DNA from: Mayamaea pseudoterrestris
Lineage: Eukaryota
DNA length: 64,000 nt
Assembly (NCBI GenBank): GCA_027923505.1
Contig: BROI01000030.1
Coordinates: 186,001-250,000, forward strand
Direction of reading: 5' to 3'
The position numbers were made by a program, and so were the translations under genes. Under the pieces are notes generated by a model, which had not been told where the DNA came from, ran no database searches, and saw only the letters and a list, made by a program, of their open reading frames with translations. This document shows positions 25,301 to 36,800 of this stretch, one piece after another; within the stretch, counting starts at the first letter, position 1, and each line of letters opens with the position of its first letter.

Positions 25301-28300
25301 CAGGCCATGTAGGTGCCCAAAATGACACTAGAATGTTGCCAACATCATTATTCAGGCTGCGCTACAAGATGGTATGCCTGGCTAGTGTCTCAGGGGACAG
25401 CAATGATACTGGTGACAACTTGTCAACAGTCTCAGCCCGCAGATGCCGTGACATTCAAATGCCCCTACAGCAAGCCCTGTAGGTGCCCAAAATACACCAG
25501 AATGGTGCCAACATCATTATTCAGGCTGCGCTACAAGATGGTATGCCTGGCTAGTGTCTCAGGGGACAGCAATGACATTGGTGACAACTTGTCACCAGTC
25601 TCAGCCTGCAGATGCCGTGACATTCAAACGCCTCTACAGCAGGCCATGTATACACCCAAATGACACCAGAATGGTGCCAACATCATTATTCAGGCTGCGC
25701 TACAAGATGGTATGCCTGGCTAGTGTCTCAGGGGACGGCAATGATATTGGTGACAACTTGTCACCAGTCTCAGCCCGCAGATGCCGTGACATTCAAACGC
25801 CCCTACAGCAGGCCATGTATATACCCAAATGACACCAGAATGGTGCCAACATCATTATTCAAGCTGCGCTACAAGATGGTATGCCTGGCTAGTGTCTCAG
25901 GGGACAGCAATGATATTGGTGACAACTTGTCACCAGTCTCAGCCCGCAGATGCCGTGACATTCAAACGCCCCTACAGCAAGCCCTGTAGGTGCCCAAAAT
26001 ACACCAGAATGGTGCCAACATCATTATTCAGGCTGCGCTACAAGATGGTATGCCTGGCTAGTGTCTCAGGGGACGGCAATGATATTGGTGACAACTTGTC
26101 ACCAGTCTCAGCCTGCAGATGCCGTGACATTCAAACGCCCCTACAGCACGCGATGTACTTCCGAAAATGACACCAGAATGGTGCCAACATCATTATTCAG
26201 GCTGCGCTACAAGATGGTATGCCTGGCTAGTGTCTCAGGGGACGGCAATGACATTGGTGACAACTTGTCACCAGTCTCAGCCTGCAGATGCCGTGACATT
26301 CAAACGCCCCTACAGCAGGCCAGGTATATACCCAAATGACACCAGAATGTTGCCAACATCATTATTCAGGCTGCGCTACAAGATGGTATGCCTGGCTAGT
26401 GTCTCAGGGGACGGCAATGATATTGGTGACAACTTGTCACCAGTCTCAGCCTGCAGATGCCGTGACATTCAAACGCCCCTACAGCAGGCCATGTATGCAC
26501 CCAAATGACACCAGAATGGTGCCAACATCATTATTCAGGCTGCGCTACAAGATGGTATGCCTGGCTAGTGTCTCAGGGGACGGCAATGATATTGGTGACA
26601 ACTTGTCACCAGTCTCAGCCTGCAGATGCCGTGACATTCAAACGCCCCTACAGCAGGCCATGTATACACCCAAATGACACCAGAATGGTGCCAACATCAT
26701 TATTCAGGCTGCGCTACAAGATGGTATGCCTGGCTAGTGTCTCAGGGGACGGCAATGATATTGGTGACAACTTGTCACCAGTCTCAGCCTGCAGATGCCG
26801 TGACATTCAAACGCCCCTACAGCAGGCCATGTATACACCCAAATGACACCAGAATGGTGCCAACATCATTATTCAAGCTGCGCAACAAGATGGTATGCCT
26901 GGCTAGTGTCCCAGGGGACGGCAATGATATTGGTGACAACTTGTCACCAGTCTCAGCCTGCAGATGCCGTGACATTCAAACGCCCCTACAGCAGGCCATG
27001 TATACACCCAAATGACACCAGAATGGTGCCAACATCATTATTCAGGCTGCGCTACAAGATGGTATGCCTGGCTAGTGTCTCAGGGGACAGCAATGATATT
27101 GGTGACAACTTGTCACCAGTCTCAGCCTGCAGATGCCGTGACATTCAAACGCCCCTACAGCAGGCCCTGTAGGTGCCCAAAAGACACCAGAATGGTGCCA
27201 ACATCATTATTCAGGCTGCGCTACAAGATGGTATGCCTGGCTAGTGTCTCAGGGGACAGCAATGACATTGGTGACAACTTGTCACCAGTCTCAGCCTTCA
27301 GATGCCATGACATTCAAACGCCTTTACAGCAGGCCATGAATATACCCAAATGACACCAGATTGGTGCCAACATCATTATTCAGGCTGCGCAACAAGATGG
27401 TATGCCTGGCTAGTGTCTCAGGGGACAGCAATGATATTGGTGACAACTTGTCACCAGTCTCAGCCTGCAGATGCTGTGACATTCAAACGCCCCTACAGCA
27501 GGCCATGTATACACCCAAATGACACCAGAATGGTGCCAACATCATTATTCAGGCTGCGCTACAAGATGGTATGCCTGGCTAGTGTCTCAGGGGACGGCAA
27601 TGATATTGGTGACAACTTGTCACCAGTCTCAGCCCGCAGATGCCGTGACATTCAAACGCCCCTACAGCAGGCCATGTATACACCCAAATGACACCAGAAT
27701 GGTGCCAACATCATTATTCAGGCTGCGCAACAAGATGGTATGCCTGGCTAGTGTCTCAGGGGACGGCAATGATATTGGTGACAACTTGTCACCAGTCTCA
27801 GCCCGCAGATGCCGTGACATTCAAACGCCCCTACAGCAGGCCATGTATACACCCAAATGACACCAGAATGGTGCCAACATCATTATTCAGGCTGCGCTAC
27901 AAGATGGTATGCCTGGCTAGTGTCTCAGGGGACGGCAATGATATTGGTGACAACTTGTCACCAGTCTCAGCCCGCAGATGCCGTGACATTCAAACGCCCC
28001 TACAGCAGGCCCTGTAGGTGCCCAAAATACACCAGAATGGTGCCAACATCATTATTCAGGCTGCGCTACAAGATGGTATGCCTGGCTAGTGTCTCAGGGG
28101 ATGGCAATGATATTGGTGACAACTTGTCACCAGTCTCAGCCTGCAGATGCCGTGACATTTAAACGCCCCTACAACAGGCCAGGTATATACCCAAATGTCA
28201 CCAGAATATTGCCAAAATCATTATTCAGGCTGCGCAACAAGATGGTATGCCTGGCTAGTGTCTCAGGGGACGGCAATGATATTGGTGACAACTTGTCACC

Positions 28301-29151
28301 AGTCTCAGCCTGCAGATGCCGTGACATTCAAACGCCCCTACAGCAGGCCATGTATACACCCAAATGACACCAGAATGGTGCCAACATCATTATTCAGGCT
28401 GCGCAACAAGATGGTATGCCTGGCTAGTGTCTCAGGGGACAGCAATGATATTGGTGACAACTTGTCACCAGTCTCAGCCTGCAGATGCCGTGACATTCAA
28501 ACGCCCCTACAGCAGGCCATGTATACAACCAAATAACACCAGAATGGTGCCAACATCATTATTCAGGCTGCGCTACAAAATGGTATGCCTGGCTAGTGTC
28601 TCAGGGGATGGCAATGATATTGGTGACAACCTGTCACCAGTCTCAGCCTGCAGATGCCGTGACATTCAAACGCCCCTACAGCAGGCCATGTATACACCCA
28701 AATGACACCAGAATGGTGCCAACATCATTATTCAAACTGCGCTACAAGATGGTATGCCTGGCTAGTGTCTCAGGGGACGGCAATGATATTGGTGACAACT
28801 TGTCACCAGTCTCAGCCCGCAGATGCCGTGACATTCAAACGCCCCTACAGCAAGCCCTGTAGGTGCCCAAAATACACCAGAATGGTGCCAACATCATTAT
28901 TCAGGCTGCGCTACAAGATGGTATGCCTGGCTAGTGTCTCAGGGGACGGCAATGATATTGGTGACAACTTGTCACCAGTCTCAGCCTGCAGATGCCGTGA
29001 CATTCAAACGCCCCTACAGCAGGCCATGTATACACCCAAATGACACCAGAATGGTGCCAACATCATTATTCAGGCTGCGCTACAAGATGGTATGCCTGGC
29101 TAGTGTCTCAGGGGATGGCAATGATATTGGTGACAACTTGTCACCAGTCTC
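19386..29151 (+). repeat. Satellite A (169 bp), subfamily A1, homogeneous core (~58 monomers) with higher-order structure
   Basis: Equivalent ORF starts at 26336, 26505, 26674, 26843 and 27012 are exactly 169 bp apart. Diagnostic variants recur at ~3718 bp. Confidence 0.98.
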
Positions 29152-29379
29152 GGCTCATTCCGGTGCAGGGGGAAGAAAGCCGCACCGGACAATTGAACAC
29201 CAAGAAGCACATGCACCTACTCGAGACTTTACCTGATACCGCCTTACTACGCTCCGCGCGGCGAAAGCCTCGCGACGTCGATTCTCGTCTCCTCATTCTG
29301 TTGCACGAAGTCAACTGCAGACATCCGAGTCAAGCAGTTCCAGTACTTCATTAGATAGTCTCATAAGCTTCAGGCTACC

Positions 29380-31342
29380 ATGGCTGACGCTCCTCCTGTC
29401 CCTCACGCCATTGGGGGCCCCGCCGGCATCTCGACCAACGCCTCGCTCCTCGACTTCTTCGCCTCGCCGACCAACGACGCCCTTCGCGGCAACAGCCGCG
29501 CGTGGATCGAGCAGCTCGACCCACTTGTCCACGACTACGACGGCGCTGACATTCTCGAACGAATCGTCAGCGTGCCTCCGACGCGCGCCGGCGCTTACAT
29601 CCGTTACCATCGCACGGAACCAGGCGACACGATCGGGACGATCAAGGTTTACACTGGCTTTCAGCAGTACGTCGCAGGCCTCGTCATGACGCCCCTCGAC
29701 GGGCGAGTCTACGCTACGCTGGGCGACCTCGTCGCCGGCCAAGGGCACTGTGTACGCATCGTGGAACGCGACTTCGACGCCCTACCGAACGAGACGATCC
29801 CAACGACCGACGATATCGCGTGCGCCTGGTGGGACGACCACGACTGGACCGGCATGCTAGGCAACTGCGTACTCCAAGACCCGGGATTCGTGACACTTCG
29901 GTCGGCGACCCGTCGGGCGGCGGGCGGGCGCGACGCGGGACGCCTGCCCCTGCAGCACGAGCTGGTGGAGCTTCTGATGGATCACGAGTACGACAGAGGC
30001 CTACCGCACCGTGTTGCACGCGCGCGCGCCGACGCAATTTGACAATTATCCGCGAACTACGACTTTCTCCTTGCGCACGACACCGCCGCGATCCCGCTCG
30101 CTCGCTCCGCCGCCAGTGCCAGTGCTGATGACGCAATCCCTCGCCGAGCAGCGTGTCGCCGTGCATCGCATGTACCTTCCGCTGCCGGCGCCGCCCCAAG
30201 CACCAATCGACAGCATCCGACTGATGACGCTCCTCGCTCAAGAACGCAGCGCATCACGCAAAACGGACCCCCGCGCGCAACTCACCAGCGTTCGGCGACG
30301 TGGCATGACTCCACGAACGCTGGACGACAGCGACGCGTGGCCGCCTATCTGGGCGGTCCTCGCGGGTAGCACCAGCGCCAACGCATTGAACAACTTGGCC
30401 GACGCCTACCGCCAGTCGGGCGGACCAGGCTGCCGCCCCATCGCCACGCCAGCGCACTTGAGCCTCCTCAAGCACGTCGCGCTCGCGCCCGACAACATCA
30501 ACGACCTGACGCAAGGCCTCCAGCCGTTTATCGTCGCCACGCTCGACACCAGCACCAACTCAGCATCGACTCGAACGGCCGAGATCCAAGCCAACGTGGA
30601 AGACCACCAACTGGTCTTTGAAGGGGGCTCCGTGGACTTGCGCGACGCCCGCTCGTTCCGCGAGGCGAATCGCAAGATCTTCGCCCCGAACACCCCGACT
30701 CAGTTCCGCTCGCAGATGGAAGCCTACCTCAAGGTACTCAAGCAGGTACTAGGGGCGACGCACACGCTCACGGTAACAGTCGACACGTTCATGGTAATGT
30801 ACCGAGAGAAGGAGCACGACTACGAAGGCTACCTCGGCCGCATAAGTCAAGCAAAGGACGCATGGACCAGATCCGTGTCGCCACTTCCGACTTCGCGCGG
30901 ATGGAGCGCGGGGACACGACAGCGCCAGCGCTTCTCAGTCCCCTCCGCATGTGGGACTACCAAGTCCGCAGCTACGACCGATGCCGGCCCCGGTCCTGGC
31001 GCACACCTGGGCGCGGGGAGGGCGGGCGCAGCCGACGGCAGATTGGCGACAACAGGCACCGCGCGCCAGCCTGCAGGTGCCGCCACGCCCGCACGCCACG
31101 CAGCAGGGGCGCGGCACGCGGAGGCAGCGGACGCAGGCCACGCACCCACGGGCACCCACTCACCCTGCATTCACGCCATCCGCATCACGCATTCACGCGA
31201 CGACGGCACGCCGATGTGTCTAACCTACCATGTACGAGGCAGTTGCACGACAGCGTGCGCACGCCGCGCCGACCATGGCCCCCATACGCCGACTGAGACG
31301 GCGCGCTTGGTGGCCTGGTGCCAGTCCGTGCCGTCCCCGTAG
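29380..31342 (+). pseudogene. Gag-like ORF1 of the DIRS-like element (frameshifted)
   Basis: Overlapping ORFs 29380-30042 and 30011-31342, C-terminal CLTYHVRGSCTTACARRADH (C-x9-C-x3-C-x5-H), located immediately upstream of RT. Confidence 0.6.
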
Positions 31343-31408
31343 GGGGCCGGCAGGCCGTCGCCTGGCGCGCGACGGTCACAGCCTGCAAGTCTTCGGGAGG
31401 GTCGTCAA

Positions 31409-32700
31409 GTGAGGCGGCGGATCGAAGAAGGCAGGAGTAGTCTAACTGAAAACCTAACTAGTCACATGTTTGTTCCAAACGCTAATCTAGGTAAGCCACC
31501 ATTCGACGGAGCCGTTGGCAAACTGACCCAGCGCTCCACCACCACGTTACGCAGACGCCGTGCTGCACCGACCCCGACATTCCGACCGACATTAGCGTCC
31601 ATCTCCGAGTCCAGCGAGGAGACGCTCGACCCCTCGACACCGACAAGCGAAGTAGCGACTCGCGCCCCACCGACATCCTTCGACGCATCACGCACGCCAC
31701 CGCACACGCGCGGGGGTCCACGCGACGCACCTCCACGGCCACTGACACCCACGGCGCCTCGGCCGGCGCAACTCCTCGACGACCCACTCGGCGACCTAGT
31801 ACGCGAAGCACACCACACGCTGCAGGCCTCCACGTCGTGGGAGGACTTTATCATTCGAGTACGCGACCCACCGGACCTCGCCGACACGGTGGGCGACATT
31901 GACCATCCAGCGCGCCACCTCCTACGCCATCTTCGGGACCGGGGCGCGCCCGTCCAACTGCAGACTGCGCCGTGGACGGCGGAACGACGACAAGCCGCGA
32001 TCGACCGTGGCCCCCATCAGTCCGCCAAGGACCATCAAGCTTTTCTACGCGAAGAGTTCGCCGACATGATACACAAGGGACATTGGATCGTGGTACCAGC
32101 CAGTTCCGTCGCCCACTTGCCCGACCTGCGACTTAGCCCCGTGGGCGCCGTGGAACAACGGGAGCGACGACCGCGCACGATCGTGGACTACAGCTTCTTC
32201 GGCGTAAACGACGAGTCCGTGCCGATCGCACCATTCGAGTCGATGCAATTCGGCCGGGCCTTGCACCGAATCATGTATCGCGCCAATCCACGTTACGGAA
32301 ACGTACGCCTCGCGAAAATCGACATCGCCGACGGTTTCTACCGCATCGGGCTACGACCGGCCGACATACCGAAGTTGGGCGTCCTCTTTCCCACGAGTCC
32401 GGGCGAAGAACAACTGATAGCTTTTCCGCACGTCACCTATGGGGTGTATTCCGCCGCCATTCTTACGCCGGCCACCGAGACGATCGCCGACATCGCCAAC
32501 GCCACGCCACGCCACAACACCACCCGCACAGTGGAAAGGAAGCCGGGCAACGGTGGCCCAGCGCTCCCGCGCTCGCACGCGACTCCGTGCTCCGGTATGT
32601 CAACGCTCACGGCCCCCCAGTCGACGCCGAGCGCGTCGTGACTTTTGTGCCCAACGCAGTCGCGCGCCACCAAGCGGTACGCCGCCTCTTCCGCGACTCG
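31409..32700 (+). pseudogene. Reverse transcriptase ORF of the DIRS-like element (frameshifted, 3' degraded)
   Basis: LREEFADMIHKGHW, LRLSPVGAVEQRERRPRTIVDYSF, MQFGRAL, LAKIDIADGFYRIGL, TETIADIAN. No intact YxDD; the expected position reads YVNAH in another frame. Confidence 0.85.
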
Positions 32701-33050
32701 ACGTGTCCGCCTGCTCCTCCACCCACGCAAGTTACGCCGGCGCGTGTCCCGACGGTTCGGGTGGGCAGCTCCCCGCTTGCTACCGTCCAGTGGGGGGGGC
32801 CCGCCGCCTTGCCTGCGTCTGCGCGGCTCTTCTCGGGCTTTGCCTCCCCTCGAGCACTCGGGACCGCCTGAACCCGCCGTGCCACTTTTCTCCCGCTTTC
32901 GCGTCGTCCTCCCGCCTTCCCGCTTCCCGCACCACGGATGCAGCCGGCCGGGGCCGGCCGTTCTTCCCTCATAAATGGTGCCCGCAGGCACCCGCCGCCA
33001 TCATATACGGCGTCTCCACGCGATTCAGTCAATCCACTCACGCAGCACCG

Positions 33051-33423
33051 TGGTATACCCTGGACATGTTTGGCCTGACTCATTGGGTATTTGGGTGGCC
33101 AGGGCATGGGCGTTTGACAGGTAGAATCGACAACTTGTGGTGTTGGCCATACCCACCGTGAGCCGTGCCCATGGTGTCAGCCTCCAGGCAGTCCTTTTGC
33201 ACCATTTGAGACTCTGCCTGTCAATACCATACCCTGGACATGTTGGCTTGACTCATTGGGTATTTGGGTAGCCAGGGCATGGGGCGTTTGACAGGTCAGA
33301 ATCGACAACTTGTGGTGTTGGCCATACCCACCGTGGAGGCCGTGTGTGTCAGCCTCCAGGCAGTCCTTTTACCATTTGAGACTCTGCACCTGTGAATGGC
33401 ATACCTAGACTTGTCGTGGCCTG
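33051..33423 (-). repeat. About two monomers of satellite C inside the DIRS-like element
   Basis: ccctggacatgtttggcctgactcattgggtatttgggtggccagggcatggg... matches the 33833-42478 array. Confidence 0.85.
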
Positions 33424-33593
33424 ATTTCTCAGACTTCCTCCGAAATGGGAGGCTGTTGGAGCGACACTGGGCCTGGGGGGGGGCTGGCAAGTAAACTGCC
33501 TGTTAACACCAACTCGTCTCTCCAACTAGCTAGCTGCCTAGATGGGCTGGATGACAGCAAGCCGGTATGTCGGCTAGGACAAAGGACTGGCCG

Positions 33594-33803
33594 CTGCAGA
33601 TGCCGTGACATTCAAACGCCCCTACAGCAGGCCCTGTAGGTGCCCAAAATACACCAGAATGGTGCCAACATCATTATTCAGGCTGCGCTACAAGATGATA
33701 TGCCTGGCTAGTGTCTCAGGGGATGGCAATGATATTGGTGACAACTTGTCACCAGTCTCAGCCCGCAGATGCCGTGACATTCAAACGCCCCTACAGCAAG
33801 CCA
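33594..33803 (+). repeat. Satellite A1 remnant (~1.2 monomers)
   Basis: ctgcagatgccgtgacattcaaacg...ctacagcaagcca; includes the intact dyad. Confidence 0.95.
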
Positions 33804-33804
33804 A

Positions 33805-33832
33805 GTTAGGGTTAGGGTTAGGGTTAGGGTTA
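33805..33832 (+). repeat. Interstitial telomeric repeat G(TTAGGG)4TTA
   Basis: Read directly at the SatA/SatC junction. Confidence 0.95.
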
Positions 33833-36800
33833 TGCACCATTTGAGACTATGAACCTGTCAATGGCCTACCCTGGACATGTTTTGCCTGACTAATTGGGTA
33901 TTTGGGTGGCCAGGGCATGGGGCGTTTGACAGGGAAGAATCTGCAACTTGTGGTGTTGGCAATTGGGTATTTGGGTGGCCAGGGCATGGGGCGTTTGACA
34001 GGGAAGAATCTGCAACTTGTGGTGTTGGCATACCCACAGTGGAGGCCATACCCATGTTTTCAGCCTCCAGGCAGTCCTTTTTGCACCATTTGAGACTATG
34101 CACCTGTCAATGGCCTACCCTGGACATGTTTTGCCTGACTCATTGGGTATTTGGGTGGCCAGGGCATGGGGCGTTTGACAGGGAAGAATCTGCAACTTGT
34201 TAACGGACCGTGCTGTTTTCAGCCTCCAGGCAGTCCTTTTGCACCATTTGAGACTATGCACCTGTCAATGGCATACCCTGGACATGTTTTGCCTGACTCA
34301 TTGGGTATTTGGGTGGCCAGGGCATGGGGGCAAGGGAAAACTTGGGTTTTTGCCATACCCACAGTGGAGGCCGTACCCATGGTGTCAGCCTCCAGGCAGT
34401 CCTTTTTGCACCATTTGAGACTATGCACCTGTCAATGGCATACCCTGGACATGTTTTGCCTGACTCATTGGGTATTTGGGTGGCCAGGGCATGACAAGGG
34501 CGACAAATGACCGGGAGTACCCACGCCATGGTGTCAGCCTCCAGGCAGTCCTTTTGCACCATTTGAGACTATGCACCTGTCAATGGCATACCCTGGACAT
34601 GTTTTGCCTGACTCATTGGGTATTTGGGTGGCCATGGCATAAACGTTTGACAGGGAAGAATCTGCAACTTGTGGTGTTGGCCATACCCACCGTGGAGGCC
34701 GTACCCATGGTGTCAGCCTCCAGGCAGTCCTTTTTGCACCATTTGAGACTCTGCACCTGTCAATAGCATACCCTGGACATGTTTTGCCTGACTCATTGGG
34801 TATTTGGGTGGCCAGGGCATGGGGCGTTTGACAGGGAAGAATCTGCAACTTGTGGTGTTGGCCATACCACAGTGGAGGCCGTACCCTTGGTGTCAGCCTC
34901 CAGGCAGTCCTTTTTGCACCATTTGAGACTCTGCACCTGTCAATGGCATACCCTGGACATGTTTTGCCTGACTCATTGGGTATTTGGGTGGCCAGGGCAT
35001 GGGGCGTTTGACAGGGATGAATCTGCAACTTGTGGTGTTGGCCATACCCACAGTGGAGGGCGTAGCCATGCGGTGAGCCGGCAGGCAGTCCGGTGTGCAC
35101 CATTTGAGACTGTGCACCTGTCAATGGCATACCCTGGACATGTTTTGCCTGACTCATTGGGTATTTGGGTGGCCAGGGCATGGGGCGTTTGACAGGGAAG
35201 AATCTGCAACTTGTGGTGTTGGCCATACCCACAGTGGAGGCCGTACCCATGTTGTCAGCCTTCAGGCAGTCCTTTTTTGCACCATTTGAGACTCTGCACC
35301 TGTCAATGGCCTACCCTGGACATGTTTTGCCTGCTCATTGGGTATTTGGTGGCCAGGGCATGGGCGTTTGAAAGGAAGAATCTGCAACTTGTGGTGTTGG
35401 CCATACCCACAGTGGAGGCCGTACCCATGTTGTCAGCCTTCAGGCAGTCCTTTTTGCACCATTTGAGACTCTGCACCTGTCAATGGCATACCCTGGACAT
35501 GTTTTGCCTGACTCATTGGGTATTTGGGTGGCCAGGGCATGGGGCGTTTGACAGGGAAGAATCTGCAACTTGTGGTGTTGGCCATACCCACAGTGGAGGC
35601 CGTACCCATGTTGTCAGCCTCCAGGCAGTCCTTTTTGCACCATTTGAGACTCTGCACCTGTCAATGGCATACCCTGGACATGTTTTGCCTGACTCATTGG
35701 GTATTTGGGTGGCCAGGGCATGGGGCGTTTGAATGGGAAGAATCTGCAACTTGTGGTGTTGGCCATACCCACAGTGGAGGCCGTACCCATGTTTTCAGCC
35801 TCCAGGCAGTCCTTTTGCACCATTTGAGACTCTGCACCTGTCAATGGCATCCCCTGGACATGTTTTGCCTGACTCATTGGGTATTTGGGTGGCCAGGGCA
35901 TGGGGCGTTTGACAGTTCAGAATCGACAACTTGTGGTGTTGGCCATACCCACAGTGGAGGCAGTACCCATGGTGTCAGCCTCCAGGCAGTCCTTTTTGCA
36001 CCATTTGAGACTCTGCACCTGTCAATGGCATACCCTGGACATGTTTTGCCCTGACTCATTGGGTATTTGGGTGGCCAGGGCATGGGGCGTTTGACAGGTC
36101 AGAATCGACAACTTGTGGTGTTGGCCATACCCACCGTGGAGGCCGTACCCATGGTGTCAGCCTCCAGGCAGTCCTTTTTTTGCACCATTTGAGACTCTGC
36201 ACCTGTCAATGGCATACCCTGGACATGTTTTGCCTGACTCATTGGGTATTTGGGTGGCCAGGGCATGGGGCGTTTGACAGGTAAGAATCGACAACTTGTG
36301 GTGTTGGCCATACCCACAGTGGAGGCCGTACCCATGGTGTCAGCCTCCAGGCAGTCTTTTTTGCACCATTTGAGACTCTGCACCTGTCAATGGCATACCC
36401 TGGACATGTTTTGCCTGACTCATTGGGTATTTGGGTGGCCAGGGCATGGGGCGTTTGACAGGGAAGAATCTGCAACTTGTGGTGTTGGCCATACCCACAG
36501 TGGAGGCCGTACCCATGTTTTCAGCCTCTAGGCAGTCCTTTTCCCACCATTTGAGACTCTGCACCTGTCAATGGCATACCCTGGACATGTTTTGCCTGAC
36601 TCATTGGGTATTTGGGTGGCCAGGGCATGGGGCGTTTGACAAGGAAGAATCTGCAACTTGTGGTGTTGGCCATACCCACAGTGGAGGCCGTACCCATGTT
36701 GTCAGCCTCCAGGCAGTCCTTTTTGCACCATTTGAGACTCTGCACCTGTCAATGCCATACCCTGGACATGTTTTGCCTGACTCATTGGGTATTTTGGTGG

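Larger units (their letters stand above)
29152..33593 (+). mobile_element. Degraded DIRS/Ngaro-like retrotransposon inserted in a SatA monomer; RNase H and tyrosine recombinase not visible
   Basis: GC/CpG-rich non-repetitive island with a gag-like ORF ending in a Cys/His motif, followed by an RT ORF with DIRS-type motifs. SatA stops at ...caccagtctc (29151) and resumes at ctgcagatgcc (33594) in the same monomer register. Inclusion of 33424-33593 as the element end is inferred. Confidence 0.75.

Noticed and set aside
10065..29151. CRISPR-like array (regularly spaced palindromic repeat)
   Set aside because: Sequence between dyads is itself repeated, so there are no unique spacers. No cas genes; eukaryotic context.
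19369..33832. True chromosome ends within the window
   Set aside because: Telomeric tracts are only 17 and 28 bp with sequence continuing on both sides; treated as interstitial unless reads show otherwise.
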